A DNA stretch of 64,000 nt from positions 33,976,001-34,040,000 of the forward strand of contig NC_043008.1 in NCBI RefSeq assembly GCF_006345805.1, in the 5' to 3' direction. Positions 1 through 13,201 of this stretch are shown here, piece after piece. Numbering within the stretch: position 1 is the stretch's first letter; each line of letters starts with the position of its first letter. Under the pieces are notes generated by a model that was not told the DNA's origin, made no database searches, and saw nothing but the letters and a program-made list of their open reading frames with translations. A program made the position numbers and the translations under genes. The stretch comes from Octopus sinensis (lineage: Eukaryota).

Positions 1-205
1 ACAGCTTTTAATAAACTTTCTTCACTATTACCTACGTAGGAGTCTATATTTAACCTAGCTAACTCCGTGCAGTCTTCTACTGATTTTAACCCTCTTTTAT
101 ATTCCTTTCTAGGTAGGCATAATCTTTCTATTCCTGCCCTTGGGTCGAGTCCTCCATTCATATTGAATTCTTTCCTAGTTCTTCTGTCTAACTTTGCTAA
201 TTCAG
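1..205 (-). mobile_element. R4/Dong-like non-LTR retrotransposon RT C-terminal fragment
   Basis: Minus-strand translation ...DPRAGIERLCLPRKEYKRGLKSVEDC..., matching the 'RLYLPRKEGGRGLxSVED' motif of R4/Dong LINEs; cut by the window edge. Confidence 0.5.
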
Positions 206-960
206 TTTCTGTTCGATCTGTAGAAAAGGTGTAGGTAAAAACTCCATAAGATGTACCCAGTGTAAGCTATGGACACATAAGAGGTGCAACAATATCAGAG
301 AAAGGTTAACAGGGGAAGTAGCTTCTGTGTAGGAGACACCCAGGTACAATAAACACCAAAACTGTACAGAAAATAGACTCCATCAACTGCTAGGTGGGTA
401 AGAGAGAGGTAATTGATAGCTTCCTTTATCTAGGTGACCAAGTTAGTTGCGGAGGTGGATGCTCTGAGAATAAGGATTAGTTGGGCAAAGTCCAGAGAGC
501 TCCTACCGCTGTGGCAACAAAGGGCCTCTCCCTCAGAGTGAAAGGCAATTTGTATGATGCCTGTATGTGAACAGCTATGCTACACAGCAGTGAAATATTG
601 GCTGTGACAGCCAAGGACATGCGTAAGCTTGAAAGAAATGAAACCAGTATGCTTCGCTGGATGCGCAATGTCAAGGTGCATGTTCGACAGAGTGTTTTGA
701 GAGAAAAGTTGGGCATATGAGACATCATATGTTGTGTGTAAGAGAGCTGACTGCACTGATATGGTTATGTGATGCATATAGATGAAGACAGCTGTGTAAA
801 GAAATACCAATCACTGACTGTTGAGGGAACCTGTGGTAGAGGTAGACCCAGGAAGATATGGGATAAGGTGGAGAAGCACGGTTTTCACACTTTGGGCATC
901 ACTGAGGCAATGACTAGTGACTGAGACCTTTAGTGATATGCTGTGCTTGAGAAGACCTGT
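206..960 (+). mobile_element. RTE-X/RTE-like LINE 3' fragment (degenerate)
   Basis: CRKGVGKNSIRCTQCKLWTHKRC Cys-rich insert, then KGLSLRVKGNLYDAC..., MLRWM..., RGRPRKIW thumb motifs with stops. A near-paralogue lies at 24400-24870. Confidence 0.65.
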
Positions 961-1240
961 CAAGCGAAATGAAATCATAGCGATGACTGATGCTGGTGTC
1001 ACATAACTGGCCCCCATGCCAGTGGCATGTAAAAAAAGCACCTTTTAAGCATGGCATATGGAAAGCTCTTTCCAAGCATTAGGCCTCATGGAGGCAATGA
1101 TGACTGACCGAGACCTTTGGAATTATGTTGTTCTTGAGAAGAAGACACATCAAGCCAAGTAAAATCAGACTGGAGTGTAGTGTAGCCTTCCAGCTTGCCA
1201 GCCCTGGTTAAACAGTCCAACCCATGCCAACATGGGCATG
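960..1240 (+). repeat. SINE/LINE-tail repeat ending ...ccaacccatgccagcatgg...gatgat (family also at 5940-6120, 10100-10280, 25020-25290, 31270-31430, 43625-43765 minus)
   Basis: Recurrent motif gcatccagctgtagaaac...tccaacccatgc(c/t)agcatgga...(gat)n seen at several loci in the window. Confidence 0.6.
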
Positions 1241-1764
1241 ATTATATATATAAATGTTAGAACTTACTGTGGACAAGGTTGCATGGCGTTTGATTATAAA
1301 TAAATAAAAAGTATTCATGAAGTACAGGACATCACCAATGAGTGAAAAATATGTAAACAAACTAGAGATAAGTACAGGACAAAATGCCAAAAGAAGGTAA
1401 CACTCCTCATCAGTTGCTGACTGTTTTACTACTCCCTATTTCGTGCTTTCCATGACAAGATAGGAAAACTTTATGCACAGCAGCATCCAGAAATTTTTGA
1501 AATATAAAATTTGTGAAGAGTTAGGGTTTTGAACGAACGAACAACAACAGAGTGGATGTACAGAGTAAACAATCAACAAAGACAACTATTAAGGGCCATT
1601 AGTTAAAATGTACAGAAAACAAAAGACAAAGACAAGTGACAGCACAACAAGTATTATTATGATGCTTGGGAAAATTGTGTGCATATGAGAGTATGTGTGT
1701 GTATGTGTATAAGTAACACAGTGCATGCACTATGTGGAGTGGTGTTTGTTCTGTGTATTTATGT

Positions 1765-4255
1765 ATACATAAAGACCGTCTAAAAACAACTTGGATGCAT
1801 CCCTGGTCCAAACATTGGTATCTACTTGACTATGTGCTTGTACGCCAGCGGGATCTGAAAGACGTTTCACACACAAGAGTGATGCCCAGTGCAGAGTGCC
1901 ACACTGACCATCGCCTTGTCCACTGCAAGCTCAAACTGCAGTTAGAACCCAAATCCAAGAAGAAAGGTAACCCCATAAAGAAACTCAATGTCGACAGCTT
2001 GTTCAGGGAGGAAGTGAAAATCAAGTTCCAAGCAAACCTGCAGCAAAGACTAGACGAATCCCCCTGCACTGATGACACCACCCCAGACACCTTGTGGGAG
2101 AACCTGAAATCAGCCATTCTTAAGACATCTATGGAAGTTCTCGGGCACACAAAGAAGAAAAACAAGGACTGGTTCGATGAAAATGACAAGGAGATCCAGG
2201 AATTACTAGCAAGGAAGAGGGCTTCCTGGCATGGAGAACCCAGCTGTGTGCTGACCTCGGAGACTATAGAGGCTTCTATGAGGCTCTGAAAGCAGTGTAT
2301 GGCCCCACCCACCTGGCCCAGAGTCCCCTACGCAGTTCAGATGGACAAGACCTCCTCACCGATAACAGCTCCATCCTCGCTAGCTGGTCGGAGCACTTCC
2401 AAAGCCTTCACATTTCTCAACTTCCACTCAAAGAGGAGCTCAACGAACCACCCACCCTCGAAGAAACGATTGAAGCCATAGGACAACTCAAGAGCGCAAA
2501 GCAGCAGGAGTTGACGGCATCCCACCAGAAATCTGGAAGAATGGAGGTCCGATGCTCCATGACAAGCTCCATGATTTTCTTGTCTGCTGCTGGGAGCAGA
2601 GCAAGCTGTGACAGGATGTTTTTGATGTCGTCATCATAACCCTGTACAAGAAAAAGGGTGAAAGTCTGACTGCTCCAACTACCGGGGAATCCCCCTACTC
2701 TCCATCGCCGGCAAAGTACTTGCCAGGATCCTGCTCAACAGGCTAGTACCAACCATCGCTGAAGAAAACCTCCCCGAGAGCCAGTGTGGCTTGAGAGCCA
2801 ACAGAGGCACCACGGATATGGTGTTTGTCCTCTGCCAACTCCAGGAGAAGTGCCAAGAACAAAACAGGGGACTCTATGCTACTTTCATCGACCTTACAAA
2901 AGCATTTGACACAGTGAGCAGGACAGGACTATGGCTCATCCTGGAACGACTTGGCTGTCCCACCAAGTTTCTACAGATGGTGATCCAGCTGCATGAGAAT
3001 CAGTGTGGTCAGATCAGACTCAATGCTGACCTGTCAGAGCCCTTCCTCATTTCCAACGGCGTGAAGCAGGGTTGTGTCCTGGCACCAACTCTCTTCAGCA
3101 TCTTCTTCAGCATGATGATCAAGCATGCAACTGAAGATATGGAGGATGAGGATGGGGTGTATGTTAGGTATCGTCTGGATGGCAGTCTCTTCAATCTACG
3201 GCGCCTCCAATCCCACACCAAGACCCAGAAGAGGGTGATCCGAGACCTTCTCTTCGCAGATGACGCTGTCCTTGTCGCCCACACAGAGCGAGCCCTGCAG
3301 CGCATCACGTCCTGCTTTGCAGATGCCTCGTGGCTCTTTGGCCTGGAGGTCAGCCTCAAGAAGACGGAGGTACTTCACGAACCTACACCCCAAGAGGAAT
3401 ACCGCCCATGCCACATCACTATCTGTGGTACTGAACTGAAATCAATAGAGCAGTTTACATACCTGGGCTGCATCATCTCATCCGATGCAAGGTTTGACAG
3501 GGAAATTGACAATAGACTTTCTAAGGCAAATAGCTCCTTTGGCAGATTCTACAAACGTGTTTGGCACAATGGTGGCCTGAAGAACAAAACAAAGATCAGT
3601 GTCTACAGGGCCATGGTTCTCACCACTCTTCTCTACGGCTCAGAGACCTGGATCACTTACCGCAGTCACATCCGTCTCCTTGAGCGCTTCCACCAGCGAT
3701 GGCTCCGCACCATCCTCAACATTCACTGGAGTGACTTCGTCACAAACATTGAAGTCTTGGAGTGGTCCGAGATCCCAAGCACTGAAGCCACGCTACTAAA
3801 GTACCACCTCCGATGGGCAGGGCATGTCTCCAGAATGGAGGACCATCACCTTCCAAAGATTGCCCTGTTTGGTGAACTCTCCGCCGGCCACCAACTGAGA
3901 GGAGCTCCGAGGAAGTGCTACAAAGACTGCCTCAAGAAGTCTCTAACAGCATGTCAAATTAACCCCCCAATGCTGGTCAGACCTGGCTGCGGACCGTGAT
4001 GTCTGGCGCCACATGATCTTCAACGCAGTCAGCAAGTTTGAGGAACAAAGAAGAGACGCACTTAAAGACAAGAGACGCAGGAGGAAGGCGTGAGCTGCAT
4101 CTGACACCACACTGGATATTACCTTCATCTGTGGACACTGTTCAAGGACCTGCCTTTCCCATATCGGACTTGTCAGTCATGAGCGTGCATGCACGCGACA
4201 TGGACAGCCTTTCTGATCTTCGTTCGCAAAGCCAAGCCATGAGATGAGATGAGAT
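1765..4255 (+). mobile_element. RTE-BovB-like LINE, 5'-truncated (end of APE domain, RT, C-terminal Zn finger, short atgag tail)
   Basis: KTTWMHPWSKHWYLLDYVLVR (APE end), KNKDWFDEND, RT motifs FIDLTKAFDTV, GVKQGCVLAPTLF, LLFADD, YLG, HLRWAGHVSRM. Frameshifts lie upstream of 2791. Visibly more GC-rich than the flanks. Confidence 0.9.
2791..3999 (+). CDS. Reverse transcriptase ORF remnant of the RTE LINE (402 aa open)
   Basis: ORF track; contains the RT core including QGC and FADD motifs plus the thumb. Not a full-length ORF. Confidence 0.85.
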   Translation: MRANRGTTDMVFVLCQLQEKCQEQNRGLYATFIDLTKAFDTVSRTGLWLILERLGCPTKFLQMVIQLHENQCGQIRLNADLSEPFLISNGVKQGCVLAPTLFSIFFSMMIKHATEDMEDEDGVYVRYRLDGSLFNLRRLQSHTKTQKRVIRDLLFADDAVLVAHTERALQRITSCFADASWLFGLEVSLKKTEVLHEPTPQEEYRPCHITICGTELKSIEQFTYLGCIISSDARFDREIDNRLSKANSSFGRFYKRVWHNGGLKNKTKISVYRAMVLTTLLYGSETWITYRSHIRLLERFHQRWLRTILNIHWSDFVTNIEVLEWSEIPSTEATLLKYHLRWAGHVSRMEDHHLPKIALFGELSAGHQLRGAPRKCYKDCLKKSLTACQINPPMLVRPGCGP

Positions 4256-4689
4256 GTGTGTGTGGATGTGTGTATATGTGTGTGAGTGTGAGAGGCTGTG
4301 TATAACAACGTGTGTGTGTGTCTGTATTTGTCCCCATCACCACTTGATAACACATGTTGGTGTGTTTATGTCCCCATACCTTACCAATTCAGCAGAAGAA
4401 ACTTATAAAGTAAGTAATAGGCTTAAAAAGCAAAAGCATCCCCACCCCTATTTTTATGTAAAAATAAACCTTTATATTTTACTAATTATATATATTAAGA
4501 ATCATTTGATATTTAATATTATTATAAGCGTCCCCCAATCCACTGCCTTTCTCCCAATGCTTCCTTTTCCTCTACCACCCCCTCAGATACCAGCGCCTAC
4601 CTGGGCCCTCTCAATGCCAACCTGTTGGGTGGTAGCACCCGCTTTGAGAACCTATGATCTAGATCAATAGCATAATACTACAGGTAAAA

Positions 4690-7200
4690 ACAACCATTGA
4701 CATGAAAGATACAACTAATATTCAGAAAATCTTTGAAATAATATTGATTTTTAATTTTGATTTCTAATATTGGCACAAGGCCAGCAATTTTGGTGGAGAG
4801 TATATGTCCATTTCATTCAACCCAGTATTCAACTAGTGCTTATTTTGTTGACCCTGAAAGAATGAATGGCAAAGTTGACCTTGGCAGTCTTTTGAATAGT
4901 ATCAATTTTTCATCAAATAAATTTAAGTTTTTTTCCAATTTCTGACACTAATTATCAATAATTCTTCAGGCTTTTTGGATTGGAATGAACAGTACAAAAG
5001 CACAGAAGATCTACAAATACAGAACAATACAACATCAAAAGTATGTTTAAAAATAATATATATATTAAGCATATTTGTAGCGTGCTACCAAATCAGATAT
5101 TTATTTGTTTAAATTTGTGCCATTATCTATTTCAATCTTAGTAAAATATTAATAAACATATGGAGACAGCAAATTCAGGAAATTACACTTCCATTGTTTT
5201 TCCAAAATTGCAGTTACTATCAATTGGTTACAACTCCTGACCGATGTGTCATCATTTTTTTCTCATGAGTTAGAATTTGGGCTCAAAATGTACAATGCTG
5301 GAACAGCTACATCAAGGCAGCCTATCCTATTCTTGAATAATTCTGCCAAACACCTAATTGAGACTTGTAACATTCTTTTATGAACCCCAAACAAATGAGA
5401 GTCAAGACTGATTCCAATGGGATTTGAATTCAAAGAGCAAAGATTTGCAACAAATACTAGAAAGCTTCAGACTAGTACCCTATTGAATCTGACAGTTCAG
5501 TATGTAATAAGCACTCTATTTGTCTCTATCTGGTTGAGGCAATTAAGAAATTTCCTTTCCATGCAGGTCGATTAATCTACTGGTAGCAGTAATAAAACAA
5601 TCAATTTGTATCAATTCATTTTATCGATGGTGATGCAATTATCAATCATGTTTTATGTATCAGAGACATGTTCATCATTGCAAGTGATCAAGATATGTGA
5701 ACTGCCAACCTCAAAACATGGTATTTGTATTGGGAATCATGTGTTGGAATATCTACAGATGGGGTACCTCTACAGTAGGCCCTATTAAATGTTTCATATC
5801 GCATAAAAGCAAAATCCAAATTTTGTATATCATTCGAGTGTGGTCATTGCCAGTGCCGCCAGACTGGCTCCCATGCAGGTAACACATAAAAAACACCTAT
5901 TGAGTGTGGTCATTGCCAGAACTGAGTGTTGTCATTGCCCCTGTGTCAGTGGCGCGTAAAAGCACTTACTACACTCTTGGAGTGGTTGGCATTAGAAAGG
6001 GCATCCAGCTGTAGAAACTTTGCCAGATCAGATTGAGCCTGGAGCAGCCTTCTGGCTCACCAGTCCTTAGTCAAACCATCCAACCCATGCCAGCATGGAA
6101 AGCGGACGTTAAACGACAATGACAATCTATTGCTTTTTACATAGAGAGGGACTAGTTTTAAAAACATTACGAGTTAAAGCAAGTTTTAAACAAAATCCAA
6201 AAACCAAATTAAACCAAACAGTTAAATTTATACTACACTTAATTACAGCCATTGATATGAAAGACAAGATTAATATTCAGAAAATCTTTGGACATACATT
6301 AATTTTTCCTGTAATGAATTTAAGTTTTTCTCCAGTTTCTGAAAGTAATTATCTACAATATTTTAGGCTCTATGGATAGGAATTATCCAAGTGCCACCAG
6401 CACAATGGATTCACAAATGCAGAATGAACTAAAGCCAAATAGTATGTATTAAAATAATATATGTTTTAGGCATATTTGCAGTATGCTTCTGAATTGAATG
6501 TTGTTTATTTTTTTAAATCTTGTGTCATCATCTACTTCAATTTTAGCAACATATTGATAAACATATGGCAACATCAAATTCTGGAAATTAGATTTCTATT
6601 GTTTTCCCAAAATTGCAGTTACTATCTATTGGCCACATTTTTCTGTGATGAGGCAGAAATTGAATGCATGGGACATCCCATTCTATTCTCTAACAATTCT
6701 CCCAATCAACTACTCCAGGCTAGTAACTTTCTTATATTCACCCCAAACAGATAAAAATTAAGGTCAAGTTTGATCTCAATAGGATTTAAATTCAAAGAGC
6801 AGGGAATTGGAACAGATACTGCCAAGCTTTCAGTCTAGTACTCTATTAAATCTGACACTTCAGTGTATAAAACGTACACTGAGCTGCTTAATAAGTTTCC
6901 ATTCCATGTAAGCTGATGAAAGTGTTTTTAACATTTTAAAATGGAATAGTATTGGTAATCATGGTATTTGTATTGGTAAAACATGGAATTTGTATTGGTA
7001 ATCATGTGTTGGAATATTTACACAAGGGGTATCTCTACAGTAGGATCCATAAAACATTTCATACCACTTGCATAAAAGCAAAATTTAAATTTTGTGTATA
7101 TCCATTGCTTTTTACATAGAGAGGTACTAGCTTTAGAAGCATTACAAATTGAGTTAATATAAGTATTAAACCAAACAGTGAAAATTATCAGTTACAATTG
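4690..7200. repeat. Two diverged tandem copies of a ~1.4-1.5 kb AT-rich unit; third partial copy at 8870-9440
   Basis: Shared blocks aatattcagaaaatctttg, ccaaaattgcagttactatc and ccccaaaca in all three copies; catggtatttgtattg...catgtgttggaatat in the first two. Confidence 0.75.
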
Positions 7201-7684
7201 GTGTCCAATATTGGCACAATCCAGCAATTTCAAGGGAAGGACTAAATTGATTTGAACAACCTAAGGGCTCAACTGGTACTTATTTTATTAATCCTAAAAC
7301 AATGAAAGTCAAAGTTGACCTTGCCACCATTTGAACTCAAATGTAAATATGAGTGAAATACTTCAAAGCACTTTGTCCAGGGTCATAATGATTATACTGG
7401 CTCACCACACTTCATTAAAAGTACAGCATTAAAGTCACAAATGTTTAAGCAAATCTCCCTTAAAATTCATGTTAAGGGAGGTTACTTTTACAGACAGAAG
7501 TCAGATTGCTTTTAAAGGGTAAGGTGCTAATCCACAGAATTAAAATGCAGAAAAAATTACTTGCATTTTTTAAAAGAAAAATGTATGAAAGATTTAGTGT
7601 ATATCTTTGATGAGAATGCATTAGTAAGTTAGACAAAAATATAAGTTCAACTAAATATTGGAAACACAATCATGCAAGGTAGAA

Positions 7685-7727
7685 ATGAAAATATTTTCAA
7701 TAATTTTAATTGCAGTTGATTATTTTG
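7685..7727 (+). CDS. Candidate first coding exon (signal-peptide-like MKIFSIILIAVDYF) of the membrane protein gene
   Basis: ATG, Lys, hydrophobic run, then phase-1 donor G|GTAAGC that joins the phase-1 acceptor at 12945 (G|AT = Asp). Short, so it could be chance. Confidence 0.35.
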
Positions 7728-8519
7728 GTAAGCTGTAAGTAAAAATTGATTTCTATTTTCCATACCTGAATGGATAATAGTACGATATGGTTAGACCTTC
7801 TTTCATACATATTCCATCTGATACTGGTTTGAAATTAGGTGAAAATTAAAATAAAGTACATTTGGAATCATTTGGGATTACTGTTCAGATTTGTTGCAAG
7901 TTTTTATTTCATAATTAAGTGAATTGTGATTTTCAACTTTCAATAACACTAAAAATCTGAGATGAAAGAGAATTAGTTGCATTGAAGATTGAATGAATGT
8001 CTCATTATAACAAATAAATCCAAACAAAAACATTGAAAACAGCAAAAGTTACCTAATATGTGTTCTGCCTCGGATAGAATGCTTCAGTAGTTGAATAAAG
8101 AAAGGTAAGTACGTGCAAATATACATCAGTGCCTTTATACCTTGCTGTTAATCATAAATGCCTCTTTTGGATATAATTACTTTATTTATGCACAACATGT
8201 AGCACAGTTTATGTTTAAATGTTGTTAAGTGTGCTACATGTAAGAAGTTTTGGGTACTGCTGCATTAAGTCTGCTTCAGTCCATTCAGCCGTAAAGAAGT
8301 GCCAGTAGCAACTGGGGTCAGTTAACCTTGCAATGGACTGGCAACATATTAAAGGAACAGTTTTCTACTTTCACTCACATGAACTTTATGGAAATAAGGA
8401 TCAATTTAGGCCTAATGGGCTTGTGAGATTGAGAAGAATAAAAGTTCATATCACTTGACAGCTAGCATTATGACCTTAAATTTTATTCGGTTTGTTGAGA
8501 TTTGTAATCTAGGAGAATG

Positions 8520-8750
8520 ATGCTCTTATTTCTTTACTGTCCACAAGGGGCTACACACAGAGGGGACAAACAAGGACAGACAAAGGGTTTAAGTCGATTA
8601 TATCGACCCTAGTGCATAACTGGTACTTCTTTAATCAACCCCAAAAGGATGAAAGGCAAATTCAACCTCAGCTGAATTTGAACTCAGAATGTAGCAGCAG
8701 ACAAAATACCACTAAGCATTTCGCCAGGCATGCTAACGATTCTGCCAGCT
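8520..8750 (-). mobile_element. tRNA-derived SINE (gagctggcagaatcgttagca...ctgagttcaaat... family); copies also at 9740-9900, 10660-10860, 39230-39350, 48965-49170, 55860-55990, 58120-58315
   Basis: Conserved head with A-box-like and gttcaaat B-box-like motifs, and body gtcgactttgcctttcatcctttcgggg, repeated across the window. Confidence 0.75.
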
Positions 8751-10975
8751 CACATACTCTAAATAATATCAATCATTTCATTAAGATGATATTGAACTTA
8801 GGCTGGAATACGAATTTTATTCTCAGGAATAATTCTGTTTAAACATCTACATTAGTAGTATAATACTACAGTTAACAGCCATTGATTTGAAAGGTAAGAT
8901 TAATATTCAGAAAATCTTTGGACTAATATTAACTTTTCATCAAATGAATTGAAGTTTTTTCTCCAATTTCTGACACTTATTTTCTTTTAGGTTCTGTGGG
9001 TCAGAATTATCAGAAAAAGACCAACTCAAGGTATGCACAGCCTGGACCAATACCAATGAGTACGTATCAGAATAATATATGCTTTAAGAATATTTGTAGT
9101 GTGCTACTGAATTAAATGTTATTCATTTCTGTAATCTTGTATCACCATCTACTTCAGTCTTAGCAAAATATTAATAAACAAATGGTAACAACAAATTCAG
9201 GAAATTGCATTTCCGTTGTTTTTACCAAAATTGCAGTTACTATCTATTGGTCACAGATCCTGACCAAAGTATCACCATTTTTCTGTGATGAGGTACAAAT
9301 TGAGTGTAGAATGCACAGTGCTGCAACAGATACATCAAAGCAGAACATCCAATTCTGAAAAAATTATGCCATCTCCTAATCTAGACTAGTAATTTTCTCT
9401 TATCAGCCCCAAACAAATGAAAAGTAAGGTTAATCTCAATGAATAGAACATCAAAAAAACGCAAGTGTTATTTAGCAGTATCACATGTATTCTAGAAACG
9501 TTTCTGCTATCTAATTCAGTCTTAGAAAAGAATTAAAGGCATCCCAACTCTCTCTGTCTGTTTCTCCCCCTACCTCCCTCTCACAATTGCTATCTGCCCA
9601 CTCTTCTTGATCTTCTCACTCCAGAGCCCAACCTGACACCTTGTTACCACTGTTTTTATCTCTTTTTCTAGATCCACCTTAATTACTTTCACCCACTCTT
9701 CTACAATCCTTTCTACCAAAGTCACAGAGCCAGAAATTTTAGGGGTTGAAGCAAATCTATTACATCAGCCCTCAATGCTTAACTAGTACTTATTTCATTG
9801 ACCCTTGAAAAGTAAGTCTGCTTCTGCTAAATTTGAACTCAGATCATAAAAACAACCAAAATACCACTAAGCATTTTGTCCTGCATGCAAACAATTCTGT
9901 TTTGCTTACCACCTTCTAACTCTTGTATAATGTGAACAGATTTGTATCTCCTTAACAACAAGAAACCTGTTCCAATTCCCTCTGTTGTACTCAAATGTTT
10001 CCTTACTTAGTATAGAACTGCCTCATTTTCTACTGTAGTTCCATTCAGTCTATGAAGATCTTAGTCTTGTAGTCCACATGGCAAATGCAAGGGTTCTGGT
10101 GCAATGAAAAAGCATCCAGTGCACTTTGGAAAGTGGTTGACACTAACAAGGACATCCAGACACAGAAACCATGCAAAAGCTGACACTGAAGCAGAAAGTG
10201 GTCCTCTGATACATCAGATTCTCTCAAACTATCCAACCCTTGCCAGCATGGAAGATTGATGTTAAAAGATGATGATGATGACAATGATGAAATCTCTGTG
10301 TGTGCGGGCACGTGCATGTGTATGCACGTGTGTGTGTATGCATGTATGTGCATGTGCATGTATGCATGTGTTTATATGTTCACGTGCATGTGTGCATATT
10401 TTCTACTAGCTTATTAAATCCTTTTAATATCAATTAGATAATATTGTACAACTAGGGTACATCAGATGGTTCACCTCACTTAGCAACCAGGAGGAATTAT
10501 ATGTAAATAAACTAACGTCATGGCTTTAAATCTTATTGTGCCAATGGCAACTTTGAAGAAAAATACTAGATTTGTCAAGATTTTACTAGAGTAGAACCCC
10601 AAAGAATATTAATTAATCAATTTTTAATACCTTATTTATCTTAGATTCTTTTCTAGTCAAGGCACATGGCCTGAAGTTTTGGGGAGGGGGCCGGTCGATT
10701 AGATCGACCCCAGTACATAATTGGTACTTAATTTATTGAGCCCGAAAGGATAAAAGCAAAATCGACCTTGGTGGCATTTGAACTCAGAATGTAAAGAAAG
10801 ACGAAATACTGCTAAGCATTTTGCCCGGTGTGCTAACGTTTCTGCCAGCTCGCCACCTTCTTATTTATCTAAGATTGAAATATGAATTTTATTTCCAGTC
10901 ATAACTCTATTTGAATATCTAATCCAGCAGAATAATACTATCATTTGCTTGAGGCTTAGAAAACAATAAATAAGC

Positions 10976-10976
<1 letters not shown>

Positions 10977-11006
<30 letters not shown>

Positions 11007-11076
11007 TGTATGTATGTATGTATGTATGTAGGTATGTATGTATGTATGTATGTATGTATGTATGTATGTATGTATG
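10977..11076. repeat. (ATGT)n microsatellite
   Basis: Direct tandem tetranucleotide run. Confidence 0.95.
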
Positions 11077-11674
11077 CTTGTAAGGATGGATGGATGCATG
11101 CATGTATGTACATACAAAGTGCTGGAAAGTCTTCAATGTTGCACTGAAGGCTATTACATCAAAGGCTTTACCAGTGATTCTGAAGTTAATATGCTCCAAA
11201 TGCATAAACTCACGCACCCATAAAGCAGGCATACTCCAACACACATGCGCGCGTGCATGTGTACCACCATTTCGTTTCTCTTAAGATTCTCACCCACATC
11301 ACCCATCAATGTGCCACAAACATTCTATCCAACTATGTGGTCCAAGAAATACGGAATTGAGGCTTCTAGTTGATGTATTTGATGTCACTAATGGTTCGGT
11401 GCTTATGGCGAGAACACCATGTGACCCACCTTGACCAATAAGAGCCCGATCTTCAGTAGTCATGTTGCATTTCTTCCATCTCTCCATTCGGTCGCCTAAA
11501 CCTGAAGAGCTAGGTTCGTGTGAAGCGACTACGAAACTTTAAGTTGTGTTGAGCTGAATCAGAGAGTTATTAAATACCAATATATGTACTCCTAGGAAAT
11601 GTGTTGAATAACTCTTTCTTACTTTTGTCCATTCAGTCGTATAAATATGAATGTGATAGGAGTGTGATTTAATA

Positions 11675-11701
11675 ATAATATTATTAATAATAATAATAAT
11701 G

Positions 11702-11755
<54 letters not shown>

Positions 11756-11990
11756 TTAATAATAATAATAATATTAATAATAATAATAATATTAATAATA
11801 ATAATTATTGTATACAGTGCTCAGGTGCACCACAACTTGTCAAAACTGCGTATAAAGCATGTACCTTAATGTACAAATGCCTGGGAAGTTAGGTACATGC
11901 TTGCGTTTGTATGGAGTGGAGAAAATCAGGTGTGGTGTTGGCTAATCTCAGGAAGCATGGAAGTTTTGAAGGATGCAGTGAAGGAGTAGT
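11675..11990 (-). mobile_element. CR1/L2-like LINE 3' end with (ATT)n tail
   Basis: Minus strand ...ttgacaagttgtggtgcacctgagcactgtatacaataatt followed by a long (ATT)n run; clade assigned by recollection only. Confidence 0.45.
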
Positions 11991-12459
11991 ATAAATATAA
12001 ACACTGTTAATTTATCCGTATTTCGGAGACTGAAAAAGAATGACAAACAGCTTTAATCCATTTTCGAACCTTATTGGATTCTCATCACAAGTGTCTACAT
12101 CACTTGACCAATCCCAGAGAAATGAATAGACAATCTGTTTTTATACACAACAGATCTAGTAGCTTCAGAGAACTGGAGCTATTCATTTGTAAGCTGTAGG
12201 TATTTAACACTTTATTTGACACCAATAGACTGTCAATGGAGATTCGTACAAATATATGATGAGCTATTTTCAGGTTCTCTCTACCAAATCCACACACAAT
12301 GCTTTCGTCAATTTGGGGTTATAACAGAAGACACTTGTCCAATTTGCTGTGCAGTGGGATGGAACATAAGCGCACATGGTTTGGAAGTAAGCTTCACAAC
12401 CACGGAGTCACACCAGTGCCTCAACAATATTTATTGAGTAGTTTTAAATATGGATGCAA

Positions 12460-12830
12460 ACGTGGTTGTGCAATAGGAAATTTACTTCCCTGGCACACAC
12501 ATGGCTCCTAGTTCAATCCTACAGCTTGATACCTAAGGAAAGTGCTTTTTGCTATAGCCCCAGAGCAACCAAAGCTTTGTGAGTAGATTTAACAGACAAA
12601 ATCTCAAAGAAGCTTATCCTATATGTATGTGTGTGTGTCTTTGCATTTGTGTTTGTGTGTCTTTACGTTTGTGTTTGCTCTACCACCACTACTCGGCCAC
12701 CAGTGTTGGTTTGTTCACATTCCTGTAATGTAGCAGTTTGGCAAAAGAGATTGATTTAATAAGTACCAGGTTTTAAACAATAAGTACTGGAGTCGATTCA
12801 TTTGACTAAAATCCTTCGAAGTGGTGCCCC
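12460..12830 (+). mobile_element. tRNA-derived SINE (second family; ...ccaaagccttgtgagtggatttgg...gaaactgaaagaagccc...); pieces also at 15540-15710, 25350-25540, 39400-39570, 41090-41210, 43200-43620, 60400-60830
   Basis: Recurrent body motifs and internal (TG)n tract shared among the copies. Confidence 0.7.
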
Positions 12831-12944
12831 AACATGGCCGTAGTTCAATGACTGAAAGAAGTGAAAGATAAAATGTATACAAACAGTATTATTACAAACA
12901 GTCAATCTATGTAATAAACATTATCTTATGGTGTTTCGTTTCAG

Positions 12945-13201
12945 ATTACTGCTGGAGAATCACATTTTATATTTCAAGCAAATTTTTGTCTCAAACCTCA
13001 AATTATTTCACTGTTCAATTAATCAATGATGAAACACGTGTTTTCTCAAATTAAATGTCTTGTGCAAATAAATGTAGAAGGGGATCTCAACCAAGCTTTG
13101 ATTTTTGCACTCGACAAATTGATCCAGTGAAAGAATTAAAATTAAATGAAACAGTAAAAAATATCTTTAGTGGAATAGTATCTGGTTGGAGATTGGAAAC
13201 T
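12945..13201 (+). CDS. Exon encoding most of a PLAT/LH2-like beta-sandwich; in-frame TAA at 13052-13054
   Basis: Acceptor gtttcgtttcag| and donor act|gtaagt. Translation DYCWRITFYISSKFLSQTSNYFTVQLINDETRVFSN*MSCANKCRRGSQPSFDFCTRQIDPVKELKLNETVKNIFSGIVSGWRLET. RRGSQPSF and GWRLETV resemble the PLAT 'ERG..D.F' and 'GW.L..V' motifs. Phase 1 to 0. Confidence 0.6.

Noticed and set aside
8043-8110. Strong donor aaag|gtaagt at 8105 as an extra coding exon
   Set aside because: Nearby acceptors give stops in the phase needed. It could be a non-coding or alternative exon but is unsupported.
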